A stretch of 64,000 nt of DNA from an uncultured Eubacteriales bacterium (GTDB lineage: Bacteria > Bacillota > Clostridia > Oscillospirales > Acutalibacteraceae). The notes below the pieces were generated by a model. The model was not told where the DNA came from, made no database searches, and saw only the letters and a program-made list of their open reading frames with translations. The position numbers were made by a program, and so were the translations under genes. The stretch spans positions 292-64,291 of the forward strand of contig CARTIQ010000005.1 of assembly GCA_949068525.1 (NCBI GenBank), in the 5' to 3' direction. How positions within the stretch are numbered: position 1 is the stretch's first letter; each line of letters begins with the position of its first letter. Below are positions 9,401 through 16,392 of this stretch, in pieces.

Positions 9401-11087
9401 GATGGCTATAATATATGGGACTCAACGCACTATGTGCATTGGTAGTATTAGCAAAATTTATGTTTTGGTTTGATTTGTTAATATCGAAGTTATTTGGCGA
9501 TCCTCCTATGCCTAAAGACGTACTTAATAAAGCTATACCTGATTTTACAAATAAAGGAAGCTCGCCGGTGTATACATAATATCCAGCTGCGGCAAGGGTT
9601 CCCGCAGCTAAAGCTCCATATTTTAAAATGTTTCTCCAGCGAGGACTGGAGTTGTTATAGTTATCTATGATTTGCTCATCCTGATTTAGTTGTTCCCCGT
9701 CCTGGTTTGTCGGGTCCCCATCCTGGTTTGTCGGGTCCCCGTCCTGATTTGGCTGTTCCGAAGGCGGAAGGGAGGATACATCATTATCTTCTTGTGAGCT
9801 TGGGTTTGTCGCTTCACCCTGATTCTGAGAGTTTGCGTTGTTCCCTTGACTTAGCTGTTCCTCGGGCTGGCTTTGCGGTCGCTCATCCTGATTTGGCTGT
9901 TCCCCATCCTGGTTTGTCGGGTCCCCATCCTGGTTTGTCGGGTCCCCATCCTGATTTGGCTGTTCCGAAGGCGGAAGGGAGGATACATCATTATCTTCTT
10001 GTGAGCTTGGGTTTGTCGCTTCACCCTGATTCTGAGAGTTTGCGTTGTTCCCTTGACTTAGCTGTTCCTCGGGCTGGCTTTGCGGTCGCTCATCCTGATT
10101 TGGCTGTTCCCCATCCTGGTTTGTCGGGTCCCCATCCTGATTTGGCTGTTCCGAAGCCGGAAGGGAGGATACATCATTATCTTCTTGTGAGCTTGGGTTT
10201 GCCGCTTCATCCTGATTCTGAGGATTTAGGTCTCCATCATGGTCCTGAGTCTTTGTGTCTTCATCTTGATCCTGAGAGTTTGCGTTGTTCCCTTGACTTA
10301 GCTGTTCCTCGGGCTGGTCTGGCTGTTGTTCATCCCGGTTTGTCGGTTCCCCATCCTGATTTGGCTGTTCCTCAGGCTGCATTTGCTGTTCCTCATCCAG
10401 GTTTGTCGGTTGCACATCCAAATTTTGCCCAATACTTTCGTTGGTTGTATTAGCTGTTTTATCCTCTTCTTCATTTCTAATTTCATCTTCAACGAAATTT
10501 GCAATTCCACGGTTTTGCAATGCAAAAGTATTCACACGGTCCGTTTCTTTTGAGGTGTTTTTGCTTTTTTCTTTTCCTAACCTATTAGTATTTGTCGTTG
10601 ACTTTCTGATATTTTTTTGCTTATTATGTTTTTTATTTGATGTTTCATACTTAGAGTCTGCGTTATTCTCCTGAAGCTTTGAGCCAGACTTTTTATGGGA
10701 GTTGTTATTCTCTTCTTGATCTGATTCCCTTACAATAGGGGTAACCAAAGGGTAACTGTTAATTGCTGCCACATTAAGAAAAGAACCCAAAGTTGCAAGC
10801 AAAAATCCCCAGGCGACACTTTGCCGAGAAGCACCCCCGCTTATGTTTAGTAACTCCTCATTGCTTAGTTCAGATATTTGATTTTCTGCATATTCGAGAA
10901 ATTCTTTTGCTGTAAAATTTATTCCATGTTTCTTTGCAATCGGAATAACTTTACTTTTAATAAATTGTTCCTCATCAAAAACGCGATCTTTTTGCTGTAT
11001 TTTGTTATTTATTTTGATTAGTTCTTTTGCAATATTTTCATCGGACCTTATTAGATCAAAAAATTTCTCAACATTTTTAACAGACAT
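3477..11087 (-). CDS. giant (2,536 aa) repeat-rich membrane/surface protein: Nif11-like GG-leader N-terminus, hydrophobic segments, D/E/N/Q/P-rich repeats, unassigned Cys-containing domain, BspA/TpLRR-type leucine-rich repeats
   Basis: This is a single uninterrupted ORF with RBS AAAGGTGG upstream of ATG 11087. Residues 1-85 carry a Nif11-type leader ending ELSNEELLNISGG. Hydrophobic helices lie at about residues 91-113, 487-530 and 884-908. The LRR units read IP.SVTSIG..AF..C..L..I (about residues 1600-1960). I see no Sec signal peptide and no LPXTG motif. Confidence 0.85.
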   Translation of the reverse strand: MSVKNVEKFFDLIRSDENIAKELIKINNKIQQKDRVFDEEQFIKSKVIPIAKKHGINFTAKEFLEYAENQISELSNEELLNISGGASRQSVAWGFLLATLGSFLNVAAINSYPLVTPIVRESDQEENNNSHKKSGSKLQENNADSKYETSNKKHNKQKNIRKSTTNTNRLGKEKSKNTSKETDRVNTFALQNRGIANFVEDEIRNEEEDKTANTTNESIGQNLDVQPTNLDEEQQMQPEEQPNQDGEPTNRDEQQPDQPEEQLSQGNNANSQDQDEDTKTQDHDGDLNPQNQDEAANPSSQEDNDVSSLPASEQPNQDGDPTNQDGEQPNQDERPQSQPEEQLSQGNNANSQNQGEATNPSSQEDNDVSSLPPSEQPNQDGDPTNQDGDPTNQDGEQPNQDERPQSQPEEQLSQGNNANSQNQGEATNPSSQEDNDVSSLPPSEQPNQDGDPTNQDGDPTNQDGEQLNQDEQIIDNYNNSSPRWRNILKYGALAAGTLAAAGYYVYTGELPLFVKSGIALLSTSLGIGGSPNNFDINKSNQNINFANTTNAHSALSPIYYSHLNQLPQDDFGYTNPPSIQQQGNTTITPSWRVAAENLPSYNRVTPLPQDLIFTPGEWHNPSQDDLDSSKLENLDSIVTEGGSSWSGEHFIRQVPVDVNEIQLQENASQIQTPVVVADSAATQFVGQQGSNIPTSVDVNKTPLNYEGSGSNALVDEGQAVVNNPLRPDLADTVDQRTVGILKKVEDRNSEEPSLKPTSYDISNSSGVNIPGDKVITTTPKGSNIPRGTRPVINIESSNVPDAAEMQLQNGTNIEIAPNTFNFPDNVSGTIQAGAPQTNTSNTSSTEVKFSNSETNSAGFGKDNADITTFSAVEDKSTNKEASSWSPLAIAGTIAGGVASLAAGLYNWLRPANQQTDQQYSGYFTAFDKGYNIFIEASEKTDIDKASKKTQQKLKENLIRSFLESNDKNANAKDLQTVIVSSDGSPKNRDAAIKNAAENSKLINRATTCVDVPIIVSQKNKDRKVESATMNVYVDNYVCTMSWDATQSDNVTFLKPDGCPNISTQNFKAAKQLLLKNTRDLNAQTASPQEKLNQLIANLRSHTLENLPPEVQRELSTFSLSAQIDYNADQMVFSFGSNARLDGTTITKDCTKTNKTFTDAQVFQKFVKEKCPFEFRSREKQADEPVYEYNDVMNKAAILSMLFGGRKENTDLLNRIQAIRQSDEFKRYKAWLQTEINKFLPAAQPIIFVTQAPAEQPAKNTQPPVELQDKNDQQNENAKEQTVNTGQLPVTQENQQSAQTPKNNDQQLNALEKKTQKDTLAAQKLADKKKRHKQNQKQKGNGSGRSRQRNKTDRLTSSNEEPQNTSITSDENQVENSQNKMQVTSEAPVELHPENIGLAANNNAQTDENIMLQPQAPAVQQNETEQQNNQNVTEEENENGLTSVEQSKDGGTKEEAQNETNSAEEPKSENNAFPNQNMSGGSENSIYKEFDISSNEEYEEDAEEGDNLGSLSPTDIYDYVDALIKPAIEANKDKELFKNLKNNMLTTVAHTDDKILENKRNNKNNKQIKRAKSLNNLYENRTQNEDPANENILVEGFCGDTSVNNGQNVKWVLYKDGNLEISGAGNMANYDYKGEDIAPAPWQLKYSGEIKTVNIKEGVTSIGSAAFMDCLNIESVKIPETVTSIGEDVFWNCESLKQINIPKNLKSIEKFTFFCCTKLQQINIPVNVTFIGENAFGFCSSLQQIEIPNSVTSIGDSAFENCSNLTNVKINYGTTSIGKKAFADCSSLQQIEIPNSVTSIGNSAFENCSNLTNVKINYGTTSIGKKAFADCSSLQQIEIPNSVTSIGNSAFENCTGLHSIKLAEGLETIGRLAFCNCLSLKELVIPASVKFIDSFAFIYCSSLESITYHGLKNPAKSYIFSSMGNSKVTEIPSIYVPNKYKSDRFGEISFELSNHTFLKSRCSANPRPGFKSPLMNRPKEGAQNNSQERETPNGTFSTPKANKTEKPPVTPLVSNSGQNQQGETHQNSKDSTADIKPASNSSENQQQPVTQENLQQNETEPPADNNEQATEEETKNGNAAEQTENNEEETQNVNIVQQDQAPAAKDDNQLFKNLQSKRSKSLNNLYDSRTQNENNLADSKNDNYNLSEDNQNENQQQNETEQQNNQNVTEEENEKIFFDVDIPDISSDAVRIESESSSDISDQIRLTREFLEKLTQERNQENNKQSGKFSDVDIPDIPSDAVRIESETSSDISDQVKLTKQVAAEYMAQQGEGENHFFDSGSDFGDGKGLQPPTNFLDDNDVLADDEDENDNLNENNQNENQQQNETPAEAQTENPENQQHAQTTTFLTPNRRGTNVQPVTPLLDRTDNTQQQNAQIPQPENEHPLDQANNLTNLPDNQQTPPPAPTTALLQIHTPLNMNLNQIPDPIKMATAITPTKNNHGFWGSIKNFFSPNKNNNETPNQGTPQNAQTPPQNTPQNNNTVHLPPWDSPDGDAETNNNYEEFGSPTTPKEENPASKSNSPYKKNGDTYSGFGPFD
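4327..4556 (-). repeat. two copies of a 156-bp coding repeat (core ~75 bp nearly identical)
   Basis: TGATCACTTATATCACTAGAAG.TTCAGATTCAATTCTTACCGCATCTGAGG.GATGTCTGGTATATCCACATCA begins at 4327 and again at 4483. It encodes …DVDIPDI(S/P)SDAVRIESE(S/T)SSDISDQ…. Confidence 0.85.
5526..5875 (-). repeat. ~2.5 near-identical tandem copies of a 138-bp unit (two LRR units, 46 aa) inside the LRR block
   Basis: The same string starts at about 5528, 5666 and 5804, giving a 138-bp period. The first two copies match essentially base for base. The unit encodes IPNSVTSIGNSAFENCSNLTNVKINYGTTSIGKKAFADCSSLQQIE. Confidence 0.9.
9690..10300 (-). repeat. three tandem ~207/207/186-bp coding repeats (D/E/N/Q/P/S-rich low-complexity units)
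   Basis: GAAGGCGGAAGGGAGGATACATC recurs at 9760 and 9967, with a variant at 10153. The units encode SSLPPSEQPNQDGDPTNQDG…ERPQSQPEEQLSQGNNANSQNQGEATNPSSQEDNDV. Confidence 0.9.
10833..11087 (-). other. segment encoding the Nif11-type leader-like domain ending in the double-glycine motif (residues 1-85 of the giant protein)
   Basis: The sequence is MSVKNVEKFFDLIRSDENIAKELIK…IAKKHGINFTAKEFLEYAENQISELSNEELLNISGG|ASRQS. Codons 84-85 (GG) lie at 10833-10838. Confidence 0.6.
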
Positions 11088-11140
11088 AGTTTACGCCACC
11101 TTTTCTTTAATTTAAATTGCAACACTAAATACACTTATAT

Positions 11141-11168
11141 AGATTATCACAAAATCTTGTTTTTGTCA
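11141..11168 (-). promoter_or_regulatory. sigma-A-type promoter for the giant gene
   Basis: On the minus strand: TTGACA (11168-11163), a 16-nt spacer, then extended -10 TGtGATAAT (-10 hexamer at 11146-11141). This sits ~55 nt upstream of the ATG. Confidence 0.55.
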
Positions 11169-11386
11169 ATAGTCACAAAAAAAAATAAAATAAAAATATT
11201 TTTTGTCAAATATGTCAAAGAGGTGGGTAAAAGTTTAATTTTGGTTTATTAATACCACAAAAAGATAAAATCAATTAACTCAATTTTTTTGTTGTACAAG
11301 TCGATACGATAATGAAAATTAAATAATAAAATTTAATATATTAAGTGATGCTCACATCGAAAAATCATGATTTAAAATCCGTATAA

Positions 11387-11428
11387 AAATTAGGCCCTTC
11401 AGAGTAAAAATAAGGACCTAATTTTTTT
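11387..11428 (+). terminator. orphan terminator-like hairpin in the 412-bp intergenic region
   Basis: The stem is AATTAGGCCC(11387-11396)/GGACCTAATT(11413-11422) with one mismatch, followed by a T7 run. No annotated gene lies upstream on the + strand. Confidence 0.35.
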
Positions 11429-11520
11429 ATTTGGCAAGAACGTTAACATTTAACAAAATAAAAAAACGATATAGTGGAAAATTATAATTATATCGCTCAT
11501 TGGGCTTGGAGGTGAAAAAT

Positions 11521-12756
11521 GTGAAAAATTTTTTTAAAAGATTATCATTAATAACGGGAGCTTTAGCTTGTCTGGTATTAACATTTTGTGAGGTAACGGC
11601 ATCTTATCTGCCAGATAGCTACAAAGTTACTTCGACTTGCGGTGCGAACATAAAAAATTACTTAAGCATTGGTGCAGATGAATCCGCAGTAACTCGGCCT
11701 GTTATAAAAGAAAATGACTTGTATACTTATGATGCTAAAGTTTTGTTTATGAATATAATCCCAATAAAAAAAGTAAATATACAAAAAATAGAAGGTATTT
11801 GCGTTGTTCCCGGCGGAAGCACGTTTGGCGTAAAACTGTTTACAAAGGGAGTCATAATCGTGGGAATCTCCGATATAAAAACAAAAAGTGATGGGGTGGT
11901 TAATCCGGCCAAGCAAGCTGGCTTGCAAAAGGGAGACATAATATTAAATGTGAACCAAAAAGAAGTCAATAGCAACGAAGAGCTGATAAAAGTAGTAGAA
12001 GCAAGTGGTGGGGAGGATCTTTTGGCAGAGGTAATAAGGAATGGCATGAAGTATGAGACGAATATTAAACCAGCAAGAAATGAGATAGATGGAGCCTATA
12101 AGTTGGGAATTTGGGTAAGGGATAGCTCTGCAGGAATTGGAACGGTGACGTTTTGGGATGAAAAAACCAAGACGTTCGGTGGTCTAGGCCACGGTATTTG
12201 TGATATAGATACAGGAGAGCTGTTGCCACTGTCTCACGGAGACATAATAAAAGTGAATATCAACGGAATTTCTAAAGGCATGAGAGGGAACCCCGGCGAA
12301 TTAAAAGCCTATTTTATCGAAGGGAAACCTATCGGAACCCTCATAGAAAATACTTATAGCGGGATTTATGGAAAATTTAATAACGTTCCGTCCTCAAATG
12401 AGCCTATTCCCGTAGCGATGAAACAGCAAGCGAAGCAAGGTAAAGCTCAAATTTTAACCACGATTTTTGGTGCAACGCCGGAATATTATGACATTGACAT
12501 AGTCCATATAAATTACAACGAAGAAACTATGAGCAAAAACATGATAATAAAGATCACAGACGAAAGGTTACTTAGCGAAACCGGAGGAATAATTCAAGGA
12601 ATGAGCGGGAGTCCAATCATACAAAACGGGATGTTAATTGGCGCCATTACGCACGTTTTTGTAAATGACCCGCAAAGAGGATATGCTATTTTTGCCGAAA
12701 ATATGATTTCTAAACTGCAAGATTTAAACGACACAGATTATAAAAAAATCTCCTAG
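11521..12756 (+). CDS. spoIVB: stage IV sporulation protein B (S55 signalling serine peptidase with PDZ domain)
   Basis: The ORF runs from 11500. GTG 11521 is preferred as the start, 8 nt after GGAGG. The protein is collinear with B. subtilis SpoIVB: VIPGG.S.GVKL, GIGT.TF, KITD.RLL.ETGGI.QGMSGSPIIQNG..IGA.THVFVNDP. Confidence 0.9.
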   Translation: MKNFFKRLSLITGALACLVLTFCEVTASYLPDSYKVTSTCGANIKNYLSIGADESAVTRPVIKENDLYTYDAKVLFMNIIPIKKVNIQKIEGICVVPGGSTFGVKLFTKGVIIVGISDIKTKSDGVVNPAKQAGLQKGDIILNVNQKEVNSNEELIKVVEASGGEDLLAEVIRNGMKYETNIKPARNEIDGAYKLGIWVRDSSAGIGTVTFWDEKTKTFGGLGHGICDIDTGELLPLSHGDIIKVNINGISKGMRGNPGELKAYFIEGKPIGTLIENTYSGIYGKFNNVPSSNEPIPVAMKQQAKQGKAQILTTIFGATPEYYDIDIVHINYNEETMSKNMIIKITDERLLSETGGIIQGMSGSPIIQNGMLIGAITHVFVNDPQRGYAIFAENMISKLQDLNDTDYKKIS

Positions 12757-12873
12757 ATTTTGTAAAATTTTATTGTAGGTACCAAACTTTAAAATTTTTA
12801 TTGGAAACACTTGCTATTTATTCCAGTATATGGTAACATAAGGTTACGATAAATAATAACTGGAGGAAAAATC

Positions 12874-13680
12874 ATGGGCAATCTTGTTAAACTGCTAATT
12901 GCAGAGGAATCTGAAGAACTAAATCGAGAGGCTGTGGCGGTATTCAAAAATTTGGGTATAGAAAGTAGAATTGTACAAAAAGACGGAGTGGCGCTTTTAG
13001 ACTCAATAAAAAAGTATAAGCCAGATGTTGTAATAATGGATTTATTTATGCCAAAGCTTGATGCAATTGGAGTTATGAAGTCGTTTAGCGAAAAAAAAGG
13101 CATGATAAAGCCGATATTCATAGTGTTATCTAATTTTAACAGTGATGTACTAGAAAAAGAAGCACTTTCTGCTGGAGCATCTTATTTTGTGCTAAAGCCG
13201 TTTGACATAAACAACCTAGCAGAGCGGATTTTGGATTTATTAAGTGACATGTATAAAATAAGCAAAGCAGAGCATCATGCTGCAGGATCTGCTGAAACGC
13301 TGGCAAACAATGTGAGCAAAGAGCTTGGGATAGAATTTAAAGTAACAGAGATTTTGCATCAAATAGGAGTGCCGGCGCATATAAAGGGGTACCACTACTT
13401 GCGAGATTCTATTATAATGTCGGTAGAAAACCCAGAGATAATAAACGCTGTAACGAAGCAACTTTATCCGTCAGTAGCAAAGAAATTCTCGACCACCTCT
13501 TCACGAGTAGAAAGAGCTATCCGTCATGCAATAGAAGTGGCGTGGGATAGGGGCGACGTAGATATTTTGAATTCTTATTTTGGCTATACGATACATAACA
13601 GCAGAGGTAAACCAACTAACAGTGAGTTCATCGCAATGATCTCGGACAAATTGCGGCTGCAGATGAAGACAGCTAGCTAA
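12874..13680 (+). CDS. spo0A: sporulation master regulator Spo0A (response regulator)
   Basis: The receiver domain contains DVVIMDLFMPKLDAIGV. The C-terminal Spo0A-specific DNA-binding domain contains HQIGVPAHIKGYHYLRDSI and SRVERAIRHAIEVAW. Confidence 0.95.
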   Translation: MGNLVKLLIAEESEELNREAVAVFKNLGIESRIVQKDGVALLDSIKKYKPDVVIMDLFMPKLDAIGVMKSFSEKKGMIKPIFIVLSNFNSDVLEKEALSAGASYFVLKPFDINNLAERILDLLSDMYKISKAEHHAAGSAETLANNVSKELGIEFKVTEILHQIGVPAHIKGYHYLRDSIIMSVENPEIINAVTKQLYPSVAKKFSTTSSRVERAIRHAIEVAWDRGDVDILNSYFGYTIHNSRGKPTNSEFIAMISDKLRLQMKTAS

Positions 13681-13693
13681 TTTTGCAGAACTA

Positions 13694-14074
13694 TTATAAA
13701 ATATTTTGAATTGATGGTAAGTCGTTGTCTCTTAAGTGCTCAAGTTGAGATTTAGAAACCTCACTGTCGACAAAAAAATCTTCCACCTGCCCTTGAGAAA
13801 GGTTTGTCCGCATGCTTATCATAGTTTGAGTAATTTCTTCCAGATGGTCGTGATTAATAAAAGTAGATAGAAAAATTTGTTGCTCTTGCCACCGGTTGAC
13901 TATATCGGTGGCTAAATTTTTGGCTTTATCAGCGTTGTGTCCGTTGACTTCGCTTACAATGCTATCGATGTCTGAGGCAAAATATTTAACAGTATTATCG
14001 AGCCAGATATTCTCGGCAATGCAGCAAGAAACTGTAATTATAAACAGGGTTATAGCAATAATAAAGCGTTTCAT
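13694..14074 (-). CDS. DUF4363-family small membrane-anchored protein
   Basis: The protein is 126 aa with an N-terminal TM helix. It overlaps the upstream DUF421 gene by 4 bp (ATGA-type coupling). DUF421/DUF4363 pairing is common in sporeformers. The family assignment is from memory of typical sequences. Confidence 0.6.
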   Translation of the reverse strand: MKRFIIAITLFIITVSCCIAENIWLDNTVKYFASDIDSIVSEVNGHNADKAKNLATDIVNRWQEQQIFLSTFINHDHLEEITQTMISMRTNLSQGQVEDFFVDSEVSKSQLEHLRDNDLPSIQNIL

Positions 14075-14748
14075 TTTAAGCCCTCTTTTTTTATGATATG
14101 AAAATTTTTGTTTTTATCGGCCGTCATAATGAATACGTCTTTTAAGGCCAGATGTTTTTTATTTAGTACATCATGGACCCATTTTTCTGATAATTGGCAT
14201 AGGGAGAGTGAAGAGTTCGAAATTTCTCCGTCACTAATTATAACAGTTTCTAGCTCCTGAGATGGTGGCGATAAACCAAGCATACTGGCGTCGACTTGCT
14301 GTTTCTCGGGCTTTTTCATTATGCTCATTTGGCCATTTGTTTCTATTATGGCAAAATCAATATCTTGCAGGCTGAACACGTCTAATTGACGCAACTGCTC
14401 AAAGAGATCTTCTGTAGTCATGCGGAGGTCCTTCATGACTTTCTGGTTTATTTTTCCGTGATCAATGATTACAACAGGACTTCCGCAAATGAATTTTCGA
14501 AACTTGCAGCTTTTAAGCATAATGTTAGAAAGAACAATCTCGCACACAAGCAAAACAATTATAGGTATAAGGCCGGCAAAAAGGGGAATGCTGGAGTTTT
14601 GCATCGGGATGGACGCAATGTTGGAAATCAAAAAGGTAACCACAAGTTCAGAAGTTTGCAGGTCGCTAATTTGCCGTTTGCCCATGAGTCGCACAGCCAA
14701 GATTATTATCATATAAAGCAAAAAAGTTCGAATTAATGAGATTGTCAT
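14071..14748 (-). CDS. DUF421 (YetF/YdfS-like) membrane protein
   Basis: The N-terminus MTISLIRTFLLYMIIILAVRLMGKRQISDLQTSELVVTFLI is the hallmark DUF421 start (…R..GKR.i.qlt.fd.v…). A soluble C-terminal domain follows. Confidence 0.75.
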   Translation of the reverse strand: MTISLIRTFLLYMIIILAVRLMGKRQISDLQTSELVVTFLISNIASIPMQNSSIPLFAGLIPIIVLLVCEIVLSNIMLKSCKFRKFICGSPVVIIDHGKINQKVMKDLRMTTEDLFEQLRQLDVFSLQDIDFAIIETNGQMSIMKKPEKQQVDASMLGLSPPSQELETVIISDGEISNSSLSLCQLSEKWVHDVLNKKHLALKDVFIMTADKNKNFHIIKKEGLK

Positions 14749-14850
14749 ATTTTATCACCAGAAATAGTTTGCATCAAAATTATCAAAATTATGCAGTTCT
14801 GTATAAATTATGAAAAATTTGCAAATCATTAATTTAGGAGATGATTAAAA

Positions 14851-16371
14851 ATGCGAGATTTTCTAAATAAACTAATGTATAAATATAAATCCGCACAAAG
14901 TAAGATTCAAGATGAAAAAGAGAAAAAACAGGTGCTCTCAAATTCGTTAGAGAAAAATCTAGGATATTTTAAAAAATCGTTTGACGAAAGTGCCGACCTA
15001 ACAATAAAACCAGTAAAAATATTAAACACGAATGCGGCTATAGTCACGATGGAGGGCATGATAAACAAAGAAACATTTGCAACCAGCGTTATGAACCCGA
15101 TTGTCTATGCGTTTAGCGAAGAAAAGCTGTCTAGCGAAGAAAAGCTAGAATATATAAAAAGCAACATCTTAACAATAAGCGAGCAAATAGATGTACTGAC
15201 CTTTGAAGACGCGTTTAAACTAGTGATGTCCGGGTTTGCACTGCTTTTGTTTGATGAATGCAAAAAGGCTTTAGCTATAGGAGTGCAGGGGTTTAACTTT
15301 AGAAGCATTGCTGAGCCGGAGACAGAGGTTATGCAAAAAGGCTCCAAAGAGGGCTTTGTGGAGGCTATAAGGATAAACCTCACGCTCATACGGCGACGAA
15401 TTAAGAATCCAAAACTTAAATTTGAGTTTTCTTCGGTGGGCGAAAGCAGTAAAACCGACATATGCTTGTGCTATATAAATGGTACAGTGTCGAAGAAGAT
15501 TTTGGCAGAACTCAAACGGCGGCTAGCTAAAATAGACCTAAAAAACGTCCTAGCAGCAGAATATTTAATGCCGTACCTAGAAGAGGAGGGTGACCTATCT
15601 TTTTTTAGCGGGGTTGGATATTCCGAGAGGCCCGATACAGTCTGCGGGAAAATCTCCGAAGGCCGAATAGCGATTTTGGTGGACGGTACGCCAACCGCGC
15701 TAATTGTGCCGTACCTATTTGTAGAGTACTTTCAGACAATCGACGATTATGCCGAAAGACCTTACTTTGCAACGCTAACAAGGTGGCTAAAATATTTATC
15801 ATTTTTAATATCGACGCTGCTGCCAGGTCTATATGTCGCGCTCGCCGTGTTTAATCCAGAGGTCTTTCCCGACCGGCTAATAAGCAAAATAGCCTACGCA
15901 ATTGCCGGGACGCCATTCCCACTGATGTTAGAAACGTTGATTATACATTTCATATACGAAATTATGCGAGAGGCCGGGTTACGCCTACCGCGGCCTCTAG
16001 GGCATGCCGTGAGCATCGTCGGAGGTTTGGTAATAGGTGAAACTGCAGTAAACGCTGGACTAATTGGAGCACCGACATTAATGGTTGTTGCTTTGACAGC
16101 CATATCGTCTTATGTAATACCAAATTTATACGAGCCAACCGCAATTTTAAGACTCGTATTCATTCTAATAGGCGGAATATTAGGGATATGGGGTGTGATG
16201 TTGCTATTCTCGGTGCTGATTGTGAATATTTGCGCAAAATCAAATTTTGGAATCCCATTTGTAGCGCCGATTGCACCGTTTAACTTCTATAGTATGCGAG
16301 ACGTAGTAATGAGAGCTGGCTGGAAGACATTATCTAAAAAAACCGAAGACGTACAAAACATGCCGCATTAG
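14851..16371 (+). CDS. spore germination protein, GerA/GerKA (A subunit) family
   Basis: The protein is 506 aa. A soluble N-terminal domain is followed by a C-terminal membrane domain ending …GIPFVAPIAPF…RDV..R, which is typical of the GerA family. It is the first gene of an A-B-C operon. Confidence 0.9.
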   Translation: MRDFLNKLMYKYKSAQSKIQDEKEKKQVLSNSLEKNLGYFKKSFDESADLTIKPVKILNTNAAIVTMEGMINKETFATSVMNPIVYAFSEEKLSSEEKLEYIKSNILTISEQIDVLTFEDAFKLVMSGFALLLFDECKKALAIGVQGFNFRSIAEPETEVMQKGSKEGFVEAIRINLTLIRRRIKNPKLKFEFSSVGESSKTDICLCYINGTVSKKILAELKRRLAKIDLKNVLAAEYLMPYLEEEGDLSFFSGVGYSERPDTVCGKISEGRIAILVDGTPTALIVPYLFVEYFQTIDDYAERPYFATLTRWLKYLSFLISTLLPGLYVALAVFNPEVFPDRLISKIAYAIAGTPFPLMLETLIIHFIYEIMREAGLRLPRPLGHAVSIVGGLVIGETAVNAGLIGAPTLMVVALTAISSYVIPNLYEPTAILRLVFILIGGILGIWGVMLLFSVLIVNICAKSNFGIPFVAPIAPFNFYSMRDVVMRAGWKTLSKKTEDVQNMPH

Positions 16372-16392
16372 CCAAAAATAAAGGAGCCAACA

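Noticed and set aside
4300-10300. Regularly spaced direct repeats, considered as a possible CRISPR array or mobile-element ends.
   Set aside because: All the repeats are in frame inside one continuous 7.6-kb ORF and have no unique spacers of constant length. No cas genes, transposase or integrase lie anywhere in the window.
9707-10453. A 248-aa ORF on the + strand (MSGPHPGLSGPRPDLAVPKAEG…) with striking internal periodicity.
   Set aside because: It lies entirely antisense to the tandem-repeat part of the giant gene. Its periodicity simply mirrors the 207-bp repeats. It has no RBS, and its Pro/Gly/His/Leu-rich composition is typical of reverse-strand shadows.
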